From the NCBI GenBank assembly GCA_051530055.1, contig CM121343.1, positions 2,202,389 to 2,266,388 on the forward strand: a DNA stretch of 64,000 nucleotides, written 5' to 3'. Made by a program: the position numbers and the translations under genes. The DNA comes from Neoechinorhynchus agilis. Its lineage: Eukaryota > Animalia > Acanthocephala. Shown here piece after piece: positions 11,693 to 22,982 of this stretch. Position 1 is the first letter of the stretch, and every line of letters begins with the position of its first letter. The notes beneath the pieces were generated by a model. It had not been told where the DNA came from. It worked only from the letters and a program-made list of their open reading frames with translations, and ran no database searches.

Positions 11693-12787
11693 CTATTTTG
11701 AATAGGGAGCTTCGATATACAATATCCCATCTTCCAATTTAGACTTTAAATTCGTCAAGTCGGTTTTTGGAGGAAGTAGAACTTTATAGGTCTGTAGTAT
11801 TATGGCAGCCGTATGTCCGTCTTCTTGAAAATCATTGGGATTGTTTTCTTGGACTTGCAATGTTAATTCACGTTGTTTTAGCGATAAATGTATCTGCTCA
11901 GGGAGATACTGAACCATATTCATCTTCAGACGTAGTTTTTTCTGGTCAATCAAGTCCGGATCGTCAATTATACGAGGCTCGAAAGGGCTCGTGAAAAACT
12001 TTTCAAAATCAAATGGAACTGGCTCTGCTTGTTGTTTGTTCTCTGCATTCCGTGATCGATTTAAATCATTATCGGAGCCATGACTATTATTAGATACAAA
12101 GTTCGGCGGCGTGTAGTAGTCATTCGTGCTAGCAGCACTGTTGGAACGTGTTCGTTGTATCCGTTGACCCGGCTGTTGTTGTTGTTGTTGTTGTTGTTGC
12201 TGCTGCTGCTGCATTGACTGGTGGAATCCTTGATCACGGCTAAGAGGTGGCGATGAAGAAGTTTGCCTTTGCGATGTCGCTGGAAGGTTCACCGGGATTT
12301 CGACCACAAGGAGATTGTCCCTTGTAAGATTGGTTGTCATTCTGCTTGGATCTACGTTTTTAGGAACAAAAAAGTGCCGTTTGAATTCCCTCAATTGGTA
12401 ATCATCGCCATTTTGGTCAAGATGGCGCGCAAACACAACTAATCGTTCATTTTCAATATAGGTTTTAATGTCGTCTCGATTATATCCATGAAGGGTCATA
12501 GTTAGTCTATACTTATCCTGTTGCTGCGGAAAAGGTGACCTTGTTGATAGCCGAGGAGTTTGGTTAGTCGACGACAGTGATGGAAACATGGGAAAAGTTG
12601 TTGATGGATTAGACTGAACGGCATTTCTAAAGGTAGTAAATCCGCTAAATGGATCTGTGTTGCCCGTTGTACCAAACACAGTTGACTGATTTACGGTCGA
12701 TGCTGATGATGGTATACTTGTGTTAAAAAAGTCATCCACATCGAAGAGTTGAGTGTTGCTACTGCCAGGACGGTACGATGGTAGCAT
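11693..12787 (-). CDS. Small heat-shock protein with two tandem alpha-crystallin domains and a polyQ linker, intronless (ATG at 12787 or 12841)
   Basis: ACD1: KYRLTMTLHGYNRDDIKTYIENERLVVFARH...REFKRHFFVPKNVDPSRMTTNLTRDNLLVVEIP. ACD2: LRLKMNMVQYLPEQIHLSLKQRELTLQV...YKVLLPPKTDLTNLKSKLEDGILYIEAP. A Q-tract is encoded at about 12175-12212. Confidence 0.88.
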   Translation of the reverse strand: MLPSYRPGSSNTQLFDVDDFFNTSIPSSASTVNQSTVFGTTGNTDPFSGFTTFRNAVQSNPSTTFPMFPSLSSTNQTPRLSTRSPFPQQQDKYRLTMTLHGYNRDDIKTYIENERLVVFARHLDQNGDDYQLREFKRHFFVPKNVDPSRMTTNLTRDNLLVVEIPVNLPATSQRQTSSSPPLSRDQGFHQSMQQQQQQQQQQQQQPGQRIQRTRSNSAASTNDYYTPPNFVSNNSHGSDNDLNRSRNAENKQQAEPVPFDFEKFFTSPFEPRIIDDPDLIDQKKLRLKMNMVQYLPEQIHLSLKQRELTLQVQENNPNDFQEDGHTAAIILQTYKVLLPPKTDLTNLKSKLEDGILYIEAPYSK

Positions 12788-13385
12788 TAGTTTCCTTTCT
12801 TGGAAAATCCTAAAAATTGAAAGCTGTCTATAGTGATGCAATTGGCGTTTTCTCCCTAGGAGTCAGAAAAGAACAAAAAGTCTTACACTTGCGTGAAATG
12901 CGCCCCCCCTCTGACACCTTCCCATTTACCTTTTCTTGTCGTTTAAAGTTGTGGTCTTCACTTTCCTAGCTCGGTTACTTAAAATATAGGACAGTCTGGT
13001 GCCACAGAGGTGAAAGATATGCTTTAAGCGAATGCACCTTATGTAAATGTCATGCCAAAAACAAAGTCGCAGCGTGAGTCACTCTTAGACGTTCGCATAC
13101 ACTCATGTATGTGAGTGGGCCTCAAACGACAAACACGATTTTTGCTTCTGTAACCTCCACACTGATTACGCTTTCTACTCATTTAGTTAAATTTGACGAA
13201 AATCAGGGAATGTATCAATTATTGTCACATCGTGCACTTAGATAAAAAATCCTTCGAGATAATCACTGCATCAGCTTTGATTAGTCTACAGTATGATCTT
13301 TCAATATTTCGAAATTCCTTTCGTATTGATCTTTTTCAATATTGTCCTTGATTCTGAAGACGACCACAATAATATTATCTTCCAT

Positions 13386-13520
13386 TTTTTGAAGACTGGC
13401 CAGCCGGTAACTTATTTAGTATCAATGTGTGGCCTTTTTATAACACGGCTGATAATTTTTCGGAGCTGTGATAAAAAGCCACACATTGATACTTAATAAG
13501 GGCTGGCCAGTCTTCAAAAA
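13386..13520. mobile_element. Small MITE-like foldback (about 135 bp)
   Basis: Terminal arms ttttgaagactggccagcc / ggctggccagtcttcaaaa plus inner arms aatgtgtggc / gccacacatt. The interior is related to 13780-13815. Confidence 0.7.
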
Positions 13521-13644
13521 TTCAATGGCCTCCGTAGTTGTGTCCTTGATCCCAGTTAATAAGGATCAACTGGCTCGAATCCGTTGCCACCGATGACGCA
13601 CAACCAAAGGGGATGAAATACCTCGCTGAAGGGAGGAAACTCAC

Positions 13645-13815
13645 TGAGTCCCTCCTCCTCGAGAGGTATCTGAGGATCCGGACGGGGATGTAGAAAACTC
13701 ATGACCGTATGGTTCAGCGGGATATTAAGTGATTTTATACGCTTCCCTGAACCAGATCGGTGGGTTGTGTGCCCAAGGAAAATTATCAGCCGTCAAAAAA
13801 GGCCACACATTGTTG
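13645..13815 (+). repeat. Dispersed repeat family copy (others at 21815-21935 minus and 22170-22320 plus)
   Basis: All three copies share an invariant 28-mer, gaggtatctgaggatccggacggggatg, with more diverged flanks. Confidence 0.85.
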
Positions 13816-15559
13816 ACTCTCAAATCTTTCACATGAGTATTTCCATAAATACTCACGTCAGTCAAGAAAATAAAGCTGTTTTGTCAATATAAAATAATTT
13901 CAGGAATTTAGGCATCCACGAAGTCGCCAGATCATAATCTTCCCCCGGATAAAACATATTTTATTGAAATATTTCGAAAGAGGAAGCCTTATCAGTCATG
14001 GTTAGTAAGTTTTTAAGGTGCAAATTCGTAAATGGAATTATTGGCCCCGCAATTCCAACTCTATCATAGCAAAGAATTTTTTCTCTGGCAATTTTAGTAT
14101 TTGTGAAATATTGAGAATTCACATCTTTTTTTAAACTGTATCTAAGTTCGTTAATGAATTTTTAACTCAAATTTACTCTTAACACGAAACAGTGGATCAC
14201 AAGGATAACCAAGCAATATACGTAGCTTTAAGATATCGAAATTTCCAAATTTTTCAAATTCTACCTTAAGAGAAATAATAATGTATCGTAAAGAGAAAAT
14301 GTTAGTCGCTTTTTAATGATGGAAAACTTCCAAATGTCTACTACACAGATAGCCAATTTGATATCTAAACATTATAATTTTAAACACATTTTTCATGCTT
14401 TATTTTCACCCACTTCGGTTGAACCGATGAGTTTTATAGAAAAAACTCTGAACTAATCTTGTGCTCATTTAAAATAAGCACATTTTAGTTTTCTTACTTT
14501 AACCTTTAGGAGTTGGAATCTCTTAAATCATCGGAATGCCACAAGCTAATAAACCGCCTTCAATATTACAAGCTTATCGGAGCATGGCATTAGTGTCGAG
14601 GCTCGCTTAGGACACCAAAGAGCAATTTTTGTCGATCTCTTATACATTGTTAAAATAAATTTATCTGTATGTGTACATAACTATTATCTGCACCACCGAA
14701 TAGTGCTTAAGCAAATACTTTTCTATAATAGGAGATTCACTGGATAGTTTACTTATCACGAACTGCAACATACAATGCTCTGAATTTGAAAACGGGGAAC
14801 GAAAGGAATCGACATACAGGATTTGCACAACATTAACAATTGGTTAAGTATAGAGAATAAGAAGATACTTTTAGGGGTGCAAGAATGAATAGTTTAAAAG
14901 AGGAGTTGTAATGGGTTGTTCGCTGAAGAAGATTAGTTGAGATCTCTTGCCAATTTTCGTCGGGATCGATCGTTACGGAATTCTTAAGACTACTTAAGAA
15001 TATACAATAAGTAGAAACTAGTTTAATTGCATCATTGTAATGCTATAGAAATAAAATAGTGCTCCCGCTTGGTTTAATCTTTCCGCGTTGATTTTTTATG
15101 GACTCCAGGCGAATAGCAATTTGGATGATGGGCGTTTTTGTCGTACCGAGAATGTAGGATTTCCCCAAGTAAGCAAACTTTTACAACTAATGATTAAAAC
15201 GACTATATGGTCGCTACAAGAATGAGGATCATTGTGAGAGTTTACATTAAATAAGTCATTCGCTGAATCGCTATGCCATTCTGAAATAGTGCAAAAATCT
15301 GTAAGTTTTTTGATAAGTGCAGAATATACAACACTTTTGGGACATCTAAAGCAACATAGATGAACTTTTACCGAAATACCGGATCCAATGTCAATAAATC
15401 AGTATCCCCTATTGTGACATACGTCAGTAATCGAGGCATACTCGGATATTTCTTTGATGTGAGTTTATTGTAGGTGTAAAAACACAAAACGATTGGAAGA
15501 TTTGATGGACCAAAATAAGATATTGTAACGGAAAACGATGAAAGGCTTATGCTGCAGGT

Positions 15560-15825
15560 GGGGTTTCGAACGTTCCATGCCGAATCGAAGACGCGGACTC
15601 AATATGCTGAGCAATTCGAAGACCGTTAATCGTGTAATGGATCAATAAGAGATGAAATACTATTTACTGGCATGGTGCGAAAGTGCAACTTTTCAATTGC
15701 TGCAGAAGCTGGAACACGAGATAAGTAATACGAATGTCGATTATTCTCAGATCATTTCGATTCTCAAACAATACTACGATCGTCCATCTCACATTACTGC
15801 AGTAAGGTACGCTTTTGTTGGATAA
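15560..15825 (+). mobile_element. Gypsy/Ty3 (Mag-like) gag remnant
   Basis: RTFHAESKTRTQYAEQFEDR*SCNG, then YYLLAWCESATFQLLQKL...DYSQIISILKQYYDRPSHITAVRYAF*. This resembles, from recall, the N-terminus of Mag-clade gag (Y.E..E...NG; LL...Y.LL..L; Y..I...L..HF.P....ERY.F). Confidence 0.55.
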
Positions 15826-15937
15826 TTCCGACATTATAAAGGTTAGCTATTGTTAGCAAGTTTACGATGTAATCGGAAATAAATAGTCAATTTAAATCCG
15901 GGATCCAAGACTTTAAAAAAAGGTTTTTATATTGCGG

Positions 15938-16347
15938 AAAATTTGAAGGAATTTTATTAAACCCGATATTTCAGAGGCACAATATCGTGCCTTAATCAAG
16001 GTCTAAAAAAACACATACGAAAGATGGATAAATTCAGATTGTACTTAGATTTAAAGTCCGTCTTATTCCCCTGGCGAATGAATATGGCCTCCATTATAAC
16101 GCGATCCCATTTGGATTCACTGCTCGCCCAAATAATGGCATTGTCAATATCCATTACGTGGCCTCGTTGCTCAAAATGGTTTAGTATCGTAGAACTGACA
16201 CCGGCGGTGCCTCTCCTCAGAGCATATTTATGTTCTGTGGTTCTTTTTAAAATTAGGATTTACTACATTCGATACAGGGAACTTAGACCGTGATAAAGAC
16301 ACAAGATTGTACCGAAATATCGGACTTAATAAATTCCTTCAAATTTT
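15938..16347 (-). mobile_element. 5'-truncated Penelope-like element: GIY-YIG endonuclease C-terminus flanked by a 3' pLTR (15938-16003) and an inverted pLTR copy (16286-16347)
   Basis: Minus strand reads VPCIECSKS (deletion) KRTTEHKYALRRGTAGVSSTILNHFEQRGHVMDIDNAIIWASSESKWDRVIMEAIFIRQ..FFRP*, matching the PLE EN pattern PC..C..(YIG)..R..EH..H..GH..D..I...E...R...EA..I. The two flanking segments are homologous, inverted, hammerhead-like and carry AATAAA. Confidence 0.75.
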
Positions 16348-16593
16348 AGCACCACAAAAAAAACATGAACAATTCAATCATCAAACAGTTTAAAAATGTT
16401 TTATAATTGCATACCGGAGATATGACTTGGTCAGGATAAATAATATTGTTTTCTTCAAGTTAAAAATTCTTCAACAGACAAAGCGATTACGCGATTGATT
16501 TAAATGTTTATTTTGGACCGATATTTCGGAGTTTTCCTCCTTCTTCACGGTCCTGAAAAATACACAATTAAGTATTTTATTTGCACTTGACCC
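16122..16593 (-). repeat. Source copy of the 472-bp inverted duplication
   Basis: Reverse complement of 10948-11419. Here it continues into native sequence on both sides (Penelope EN frame inward, hammerhead-ended foldback outward). Confidence 0.95.
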
Positions 16594-16901
16594 TGAAGAT
16601 GGAGTAAAACTCCGAAATCATATCGAGAAAATCTATCGGGATGGTGATTTATGACTTGTGGTAAAGATAATCCCGGTTGAAAATCATTTTTATTATTAGG
16701 AAGTATTTCGAAAGATTAAACCTCGCCTTATCAATCGTTGTTTTTCCTGACCGCAATCCCTTGTGTATCTACAGTATTCTTCTTTCGAATTATTTCCTTT
16801 AGTAAAATGATTTTTAACCGGGATTATCTTTACCACAAGTCATAAATCACCATCCCGATAGATTTTCTCGATATGATTTCGGAGTTTTATTCCTTCTTCA
16901 A
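16593..16901. mobile_element. Foldback element of about 310 bp with about 100-bp inverted arms beginning with hammerhead motifs
   Basis: Arms are 16594-16692 and 16800-16900. Plus end: CTGAAGA-T-GGAG-TAAAA-CTCC-GAAA-TCATATC. Minus end: TTGAAGA-A-GGAA-TAAAA-CTCC-GAAA-TCATATC. Confidence 0.75.
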
Positions 16902-17727
16902 GATTAAGTGCAATAAAAAACGTAAACAATCAACAATCCACCAACGGACAAGTGTAGTTAGATTTCTTTATTTATGAAGTCTTGCATTTAGTGAAGAAAT
17001 AGACTTTTATCATCAGAATCAAACGATTTTTTGCAAACAAAATCTGGTTCCATGATTGCAAATCAAAATATACTAGTTGGAAAATTATTTGAAGAATATC
17101 GATATTATTTATAAAAGATTTTTACTACATTTAAGCATCGGATCGAAACCAGAATTAATATCATTGGAAAGATGTTATAAATTATTTAATTTTAGTTAAG
17201 TGCTTAGATCATCCCTTGCCTTTTTCCTTTCAAACACATAGCCAATCGATATCTTGGATTAGGGAAGTGATCGTTGGCTGTGTGCCTAAAGGCCAAGGGA
17301 TGATCTAAACACTTAACCGGCTTGCCAGAAGACAAAAAGGCTTAATTTTAGTTCCGCTCCGTGGAACTTCGTATGAGTCTAGAAAAGGTTGGATGGTCAA
17401 GAGGTATTTCGGCTGCGTTTGCAAACAACAAACCCGATTACCAAGCCAAATTGAAGTTCCGACCACCTTGACCATCCAACCTTTTCTTCCAGGTAGAGGA
17501 CGAAATGTTAAGATTATTTCCCCCTTGAGCAAAACAATTGACACAATGGCCAGGAGAGAGGCGAAAATGAATATCGCAGTCTTCAAAAATGAAATAAGAC
17601 CTCCACCCACAATGAGATACTTCGATGACGTATGCAGAGTTGACAACCGTGGTTTAAATGTAGGTAAAAACACGGAAGAAATGCAGCGTGTGGAATGGTA
17701 GTGCAGTTTCGTCTTTACGTCCAAAGA

Positions 17728-19004
17728 ATGACACAGTATCTTCCCTTGAACTTATTTGCTCTGTTTGCTCCTCGTGATCCGGTGCCGTATTTGCCGCCAG
17801 CGACAAAGTTACCGCATGAACGACGAGTCGTTCAGAATTCCGGTCTACAAGACTGTATTTCTTTAATGGAGGTTAGCATGCAGGTTCAAATGAATTCTGA
17901 TTCTAGTTATTTTAGGAGCTCAATGATGCTCCCGTTCGCGCAAAAACGAAAAGTCGACGAGAAAGGAATGAAATCAAGGTATTTTTTTATGGTCATGCGA
18001 TTTAATTTGATTGTTTCTGTAGAAACGTCTTAAAATCGAGATGATGGAGGCAAAGAATAACGAAGAATTGGAAAAGTGGGATCCGAAGAGTAATCCAAAC
18101 GCTACATCCGATCCATACAAAACATTATTTGTTGGAAGACTCGTAAGTGAAGGAAAAGCACTATTCATGGCAAAGCTGTGTCGTTTTACAGAATTACGAC
18201 ACTCCAGAGTATAAAATTCGACGAGAATTCGAGATGTACGGCCCAATAACCCAGATCAAAATGGTTAATAATGTTGTAAACGGAAAGCCGCGAGGATATG
18301 CTTTCATCGAGTATGAACGTGAGGCTGATATGCATGGTAAGTGTTTCCGTCCGCACTTTTTTCGTTGGTTTAAACCTTTTTCTATGATCGCAAATATAGA
18401 TGCTTTTCGTAAAGCTGATTGTCGAAAGATAGATGGCCGACGAGTAATTGTGGATGTCGAACGCGGCCGGACGGTGAAAGGATGGCGTCCAAGACGGCTT
18501 GGTATGCTTTGGCTTCTTAGGCAATCATTTCTTTTCGGTGTAGGAGGTGGTCTTGGTGGTACACGTCGATTACGTTCACGATCCCCATCTCAGCCAAGTG
18601 GTGCGTACCAAGATAACCGGCGATTAGGGTCGTCCCCGGGGCGAGCACCTCGGCGACAGTATCAACAGTTCCGTGGACGTCCTCCTCGTGGTTATTCGGA
18701 TGACCTACGTGGTGGAGGGAGGTATCCGAACAATAGGCAGCAGGATAGCCGACAATTTACATATCATCAGGGACGACAATCTCCGTCATACGGTCGACAA
18801 AATCGTCGACATGAGTACGCTGCTGCTACTGGTCAGGCTTATCGGCGGCCATCGCATAACTCGTCGGTTGGTCGTTCCTCGCATGTTCAGCAACATGAAT
18901 CGGGTAATGAAATGATGGATACGAGTGAGTATCGAGATGGACGTCTCGATAGGGGTTATAAGACTAATCGTGAAAATACGAACCGGGATTCAGTGGGTCT
19001 ATGA
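17728..19004 (+). CDS. SNRNP70: U1 small nuclear ribonucleoprotein 70 kDa; exons 17728-17871, 17916-17978, 18023-18142, 18192-18336, 18400-18501, 18544-19004 (about 344 aa)
   Basis: [24 protein letters not shown]..., [19 protein letters not shown]|[59 protein letters not shown]. The five GT-AG introns (44, 44, 49, 63, 42 nt) restore one continuous frame. Confidence 0.96.
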
Positions 19005-20253
19005 ATTGCGGTGGATACAAGTGGACGACACTCACGTAGTAGATACGATTTAGATAGCGATGAGGGTGAATTCGGTAGTGGTGGTGGTGGTGGCGATGTT
19101 AGACGGCGGCGTGACTCCAGCAGTAGCACTGGTAAAACAGGAAGGAGACGAAAAAGATATCCTGATAAAAGTGGTACTGATGATTATGGTGGCGTAAGTG
19201 AGTACGAGAAGGGGCGAATGTCGAAACGAAAGCGAAGTTCACCAATTTAAGACTGGGTGAGTGCGCCTGTGCCAAACGGCCAGCGGAATAGAATCTTCCC
19301 GATTAATCATGAGTGGGTGAGAATATAGGTGAGTGTCAATCCATTTTAAGGTAATGCGATATGAAAATTCACTAATCATGTTGCGTTATTAAATATTTAA
19401 ATGTCTATTAAACTCTCGCGGATGCATGCTAAAAAGTGTGCTCGTTGCAGTTTAGAACGAAAACGTGTTTTAGTAGCAAAAACAAAGCTGAGTACCAAGA
19501 TCTAAAAGCCAATTAAATACTGTTGTTCTGTTTAAATCCTGTGAGTAGCGCAAATCGTTAGTACCTTTATAAATCTCTCGCACTTGTGAAATAAACATCT
19601 CGTTAGGATTTATTCATATTTCCACAATAACTTTGTTCAATTTCTTTAAGTCAAATCGTCTGAAACGTCTGGAAATATCCTAGGTTAGTATACCAATATT
19701 TTCATAGAGTTAAACAATTAAAAGGTAGAACCAGCAAATATTTTATTGACACTTAAATTTAGTTCGTTGGTGGAACGTTCTGTTGAGTTCAATACATTCA
19801 ACGTATTGGCATTTCTGTCAATATGTTTCATGCCCGGAAAGACCATCTCCCTTTTATTAATGACCATAATGTAGATTTTCGAAGCGCTTTTCAAAACGGT
19901 TTCATTCAATGAACTTTTTTGGTCAATTGTGCAAAACCATTCTCCGTCCTAGTAGCGATCAGTGCTCTAAAACTCACACTAATTAGAAAAATGGAATTTA
20001 GCATGAACTTTGAAGTCGATTTAGCCAGTTTGTTCGGAATTCATTTTGCTCAAATCCTATAATTCAATAGCTTATCCATACCCTGCTTTTAATCTACTTT
20101 GACGTTGCCAAATGCCCTGAAAAGTCATGAGTATTATAGGTGAATCAACTCAAATCAAGGGCTAGAATATGCTATTGGTTAGAAACCTATCATGCTAATG
20201 CGTTCGAAAGTTGTTATCGACGTTAAAAATTAAATAGAATTACCGTTTCTAAC

Positions 20254-21550
20254 GATCCGGTTACTGTAATCAAAACAATCGCGTCCCACTGCAGTCCGAA
20301 TAACCGGATTTTACTTTAGTTTTAAAAATCAAGTGGTGAAGTCTTAAATCTGAAGCGATTAAATCCCAATTCACGATTTCAGCGTTTGGTTTTTTGAACT
20401 ACAATCAAATCCAGGTAATCGGAATTACGACCAAATTATAAAGAACCGAAATAAATGTATTTAAATCGGTGTAATCTACATTCAAATCCGGTCAATCGGA
20501 CCATCCGGTTACTGTAATCAAAACAATCGCGTCCCACTGCAGTCCGAATAACCGGATTCTACTTTAGTTTTAAAAATCAAGTGGTGAAGTCGTAAATCTG
20601 AAGCGATTAAATCCCAATTCACGATTTCAGCGTTTGGTTTTTTGAACTACAATCAAATCCAGGTAATCGGAATTACGACCAAATTATAAAGAACCGAAAT
20701 AAATGTATTTAAATCGGTGTAATCTACATTCAAATCCGGTCAATCGGACCATCCGGTTACGGTAATCAAAACAATCGCGTCCCACTGCAGTCCGAATAAC
20801 CGGATTCTACTTTAGTTTTAAAAATCAATTGCTGAAGTCGTAAATCTGAAGCGATTAAATCCCAATTTACGATTTCAGCGTTTGGTTTTTTGAACTACAA
20901 TCAAATCCAGGTAATCGGAATTACGACCAAATTATAAAGAACCGAAATAAATGTATTTAAATCAGCGTAATCCACATCCAAATCCGGTCAATCGGACCAT
21001 CCGGTTACTGTAATCAAAACAATCGCATACCATTGCAGTCCGAATAACCGGATTCTACTTCAGTTTTAAAAATCAAGTGCTGAAATCGTAAATCTGAAGC
21101 GATTAAATCCCAATTCACGATTTCAGCGTTTGGTTTTTTGAACTACAATCAAATCCAGGTAATCGGAATTACGACCAAATTATAAAGAACCGAAATAAAT
21201 GTATTTAAATCAGCGTAATCCACATCCAAATCCGGTCAATCGGACCATCCGGTTACTGTAATCAAAACAATCGCATACCATTGCAGTCCGAATAACCGGA
21301 TTCTACTTCAGTTTTAAAAATCAAGTGCTGAAATCGTAAATCTGAAGCGATTAAATCCCAATTCACGATTTCAGCGTTTGGTTTTTCGAACTACAATCAA
21401 ATCCAGGTAATCGGAATTACGACCAAATTATAAAGAACCGAAATAAATGTATTTAAATCAGCGTAATCTGCATTCAAATCCGGTCAACCGGACCATCCGG
21501 TTTCTGTGATCAAAACAATCGCGTCCTACTGTTTTTAGATTAACCGGATT
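20254..21550. repeat. Tandem repeat, 248-bp unit, about 5.2 copies
   Basis: atccggttac recurs at 20255, 20503, 20751, 20999, 21247 and about 21495. The unit contains internal inverted motifs (atccggtta/taaccggat; gctgaaatcgt/acgatttcagc). Confidence 0.95.
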
Positions 21551-21774
21551 TGACTGTAGTAGCAACATTCAGTTGAGAAGTTACTGAATTTTCTAATCAC
21601 GTTGGTTCAATTCGTTCTTGACCGTCACAATATTGAACGTGAATTTGATTTTTTCCACAAGATTGCTTCTTATATAAACTTGGCGCTTCAAACAAAATAC
21701 TATCCAAAAAAGGCTATAGGATGGTTATATAATCAGTTCCCAAATCTTTTTTATAAACATTCATCGTTCCTTTC

Positions 21775-22320
21775 TAAGTGTTGAAGTGAATATCCCTTAC
21801 ACGGTTGATTATTTTTCGTTGGGCTCACAGCCCGCCGATTCATTGATCAGAGAATCACATTAAATCATTCAAAGCCCTGAACCATATGATTATGAGTTTT
21901 GTGCATCCCCGTCCGGATCCTCAGATACCTCCAAGCGGCAGACAGTCGTGTAAGGGATGTTCACTTCAACACTTAAAAATAAAACCGACTAGCCAGACAT
22001 AGGACGAAATAGTTCAATACTTGCCCCAATCTAAAAACTGGCAAAATTTATACAATCCGTAGTTGTGTCGAGGTGGTCTACTGGACTTGAGCTCCGAATC
22101 CCTGTCTAAGAGTCAAGGGGTTTAAAATCCATTATCGCCGAGGACGCGCAACTAAAAGGATTGAACACCGATGAGTCCCGCCTCCTCGAGAGGTATCTGA
22201 GGATCCGGACGGGGATGTACAAAACTCATAGTCGTGTTGTTCAAGGTTTTGAGTGATTTAATGATATTCTCTGACCAATAAATCGGTGGGCTGTGTACCC
22301 AAGGAAAATACCGGTTAGTC
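21775..22320. mobile_element. Nested foldback: inverted pair of the 28-mer-core repeat plus a second hairpin (21775-21808 / 21947-21975)
   Basis: 21815-21935 is the reverse complement of about 22180-22315. taagtgttgaagtgaatatcccttacacg pairs with cgtgtaagggatgttcacttcaacactta. Confidence 0.75.
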
Positions 22321-22982
22321 AAACATAAAATAAAATTACCATTTTTCCTAGTGTTCAAAAAGTAGGAAAGTGTACGATTTCGTTCACTACTCATGTTGTT
22401 TGTAAACAATCATCGTTTTTATTGGATTTTGCGATTGATTGTCCATTTATTTATTAGCATCTTTGCCGAGCTAAACAATCAACCAAAATTATTATTCTTG
22501 ATAAGATAAAAGATTTCTGGTATTAACAAATTACCTTTTTTACAATTAATAATTTCAAAGTGACTTTAATTTTACAGGGTTACTCAAATTAATTATAAAA
22601 ATTTTAATTAAACTAAAATTTTTTGGGATGATCAAATTTAAATTTTGGTGAATATACTCCCAGTTACTTTTGAGAAAATTTTCAAGTAATGACTGATGAG
22701 ACGAGGCTTCTTCGCAAAATATTTCGTGGCAATGAAATACGTTTTAACCCTCAGTATTTTCACCACAATTTTAATAAGAATTTTATCTTTGATTTTTTCT
22801 GGATCAACAACAAATTGCTCCTGTTCAATTTTGACTGTTTAATTAATCTAATTGTTGTTGCCGATCATTTTAGGAAATTCTTTAATTGATTAAAGTTTTT
22901 ATCGATATTGAACCTGTTAATGTAATCGGTAGTTTTAAATGAGTTTGTAGTTGGTTTTACAGAATGAAGAATTTATCAATAC

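Noticed and set aside
15090-15850. Apparent micro-exon gene (many gtaag/gtgag and cag sites)
   Set aside because: Trial splicing hit stops in every combination tried. Part of the region reads better unspliced as a Gypsy gag remnant.
10948-16593. Pack-MULE/foldback transposon carrying the HSP gene
   Set aside because: There is no target-site duplication, and the right arm is continuous with native Penelope sequence on both sides. A templated inverted duplication fits better; kept as a finding under that reading.
17305-17724. Overlapping ORFs with SPLS..RYFDD (RT-like, plus strand) and YLIVGGG (APE-like, minus strand)
   Set aside because: These are isolated short matches without the neighbouring conserved motifs, and the minus ORF lacks an ATG start. 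It cannot be distinguished from chance without a profile search.
19718-20150. Possible small spliced gene on the minus strand (DGEWFCT Ig-like motif)
   Set aside because: A consistent exon chain, start and stop could not be assembled.
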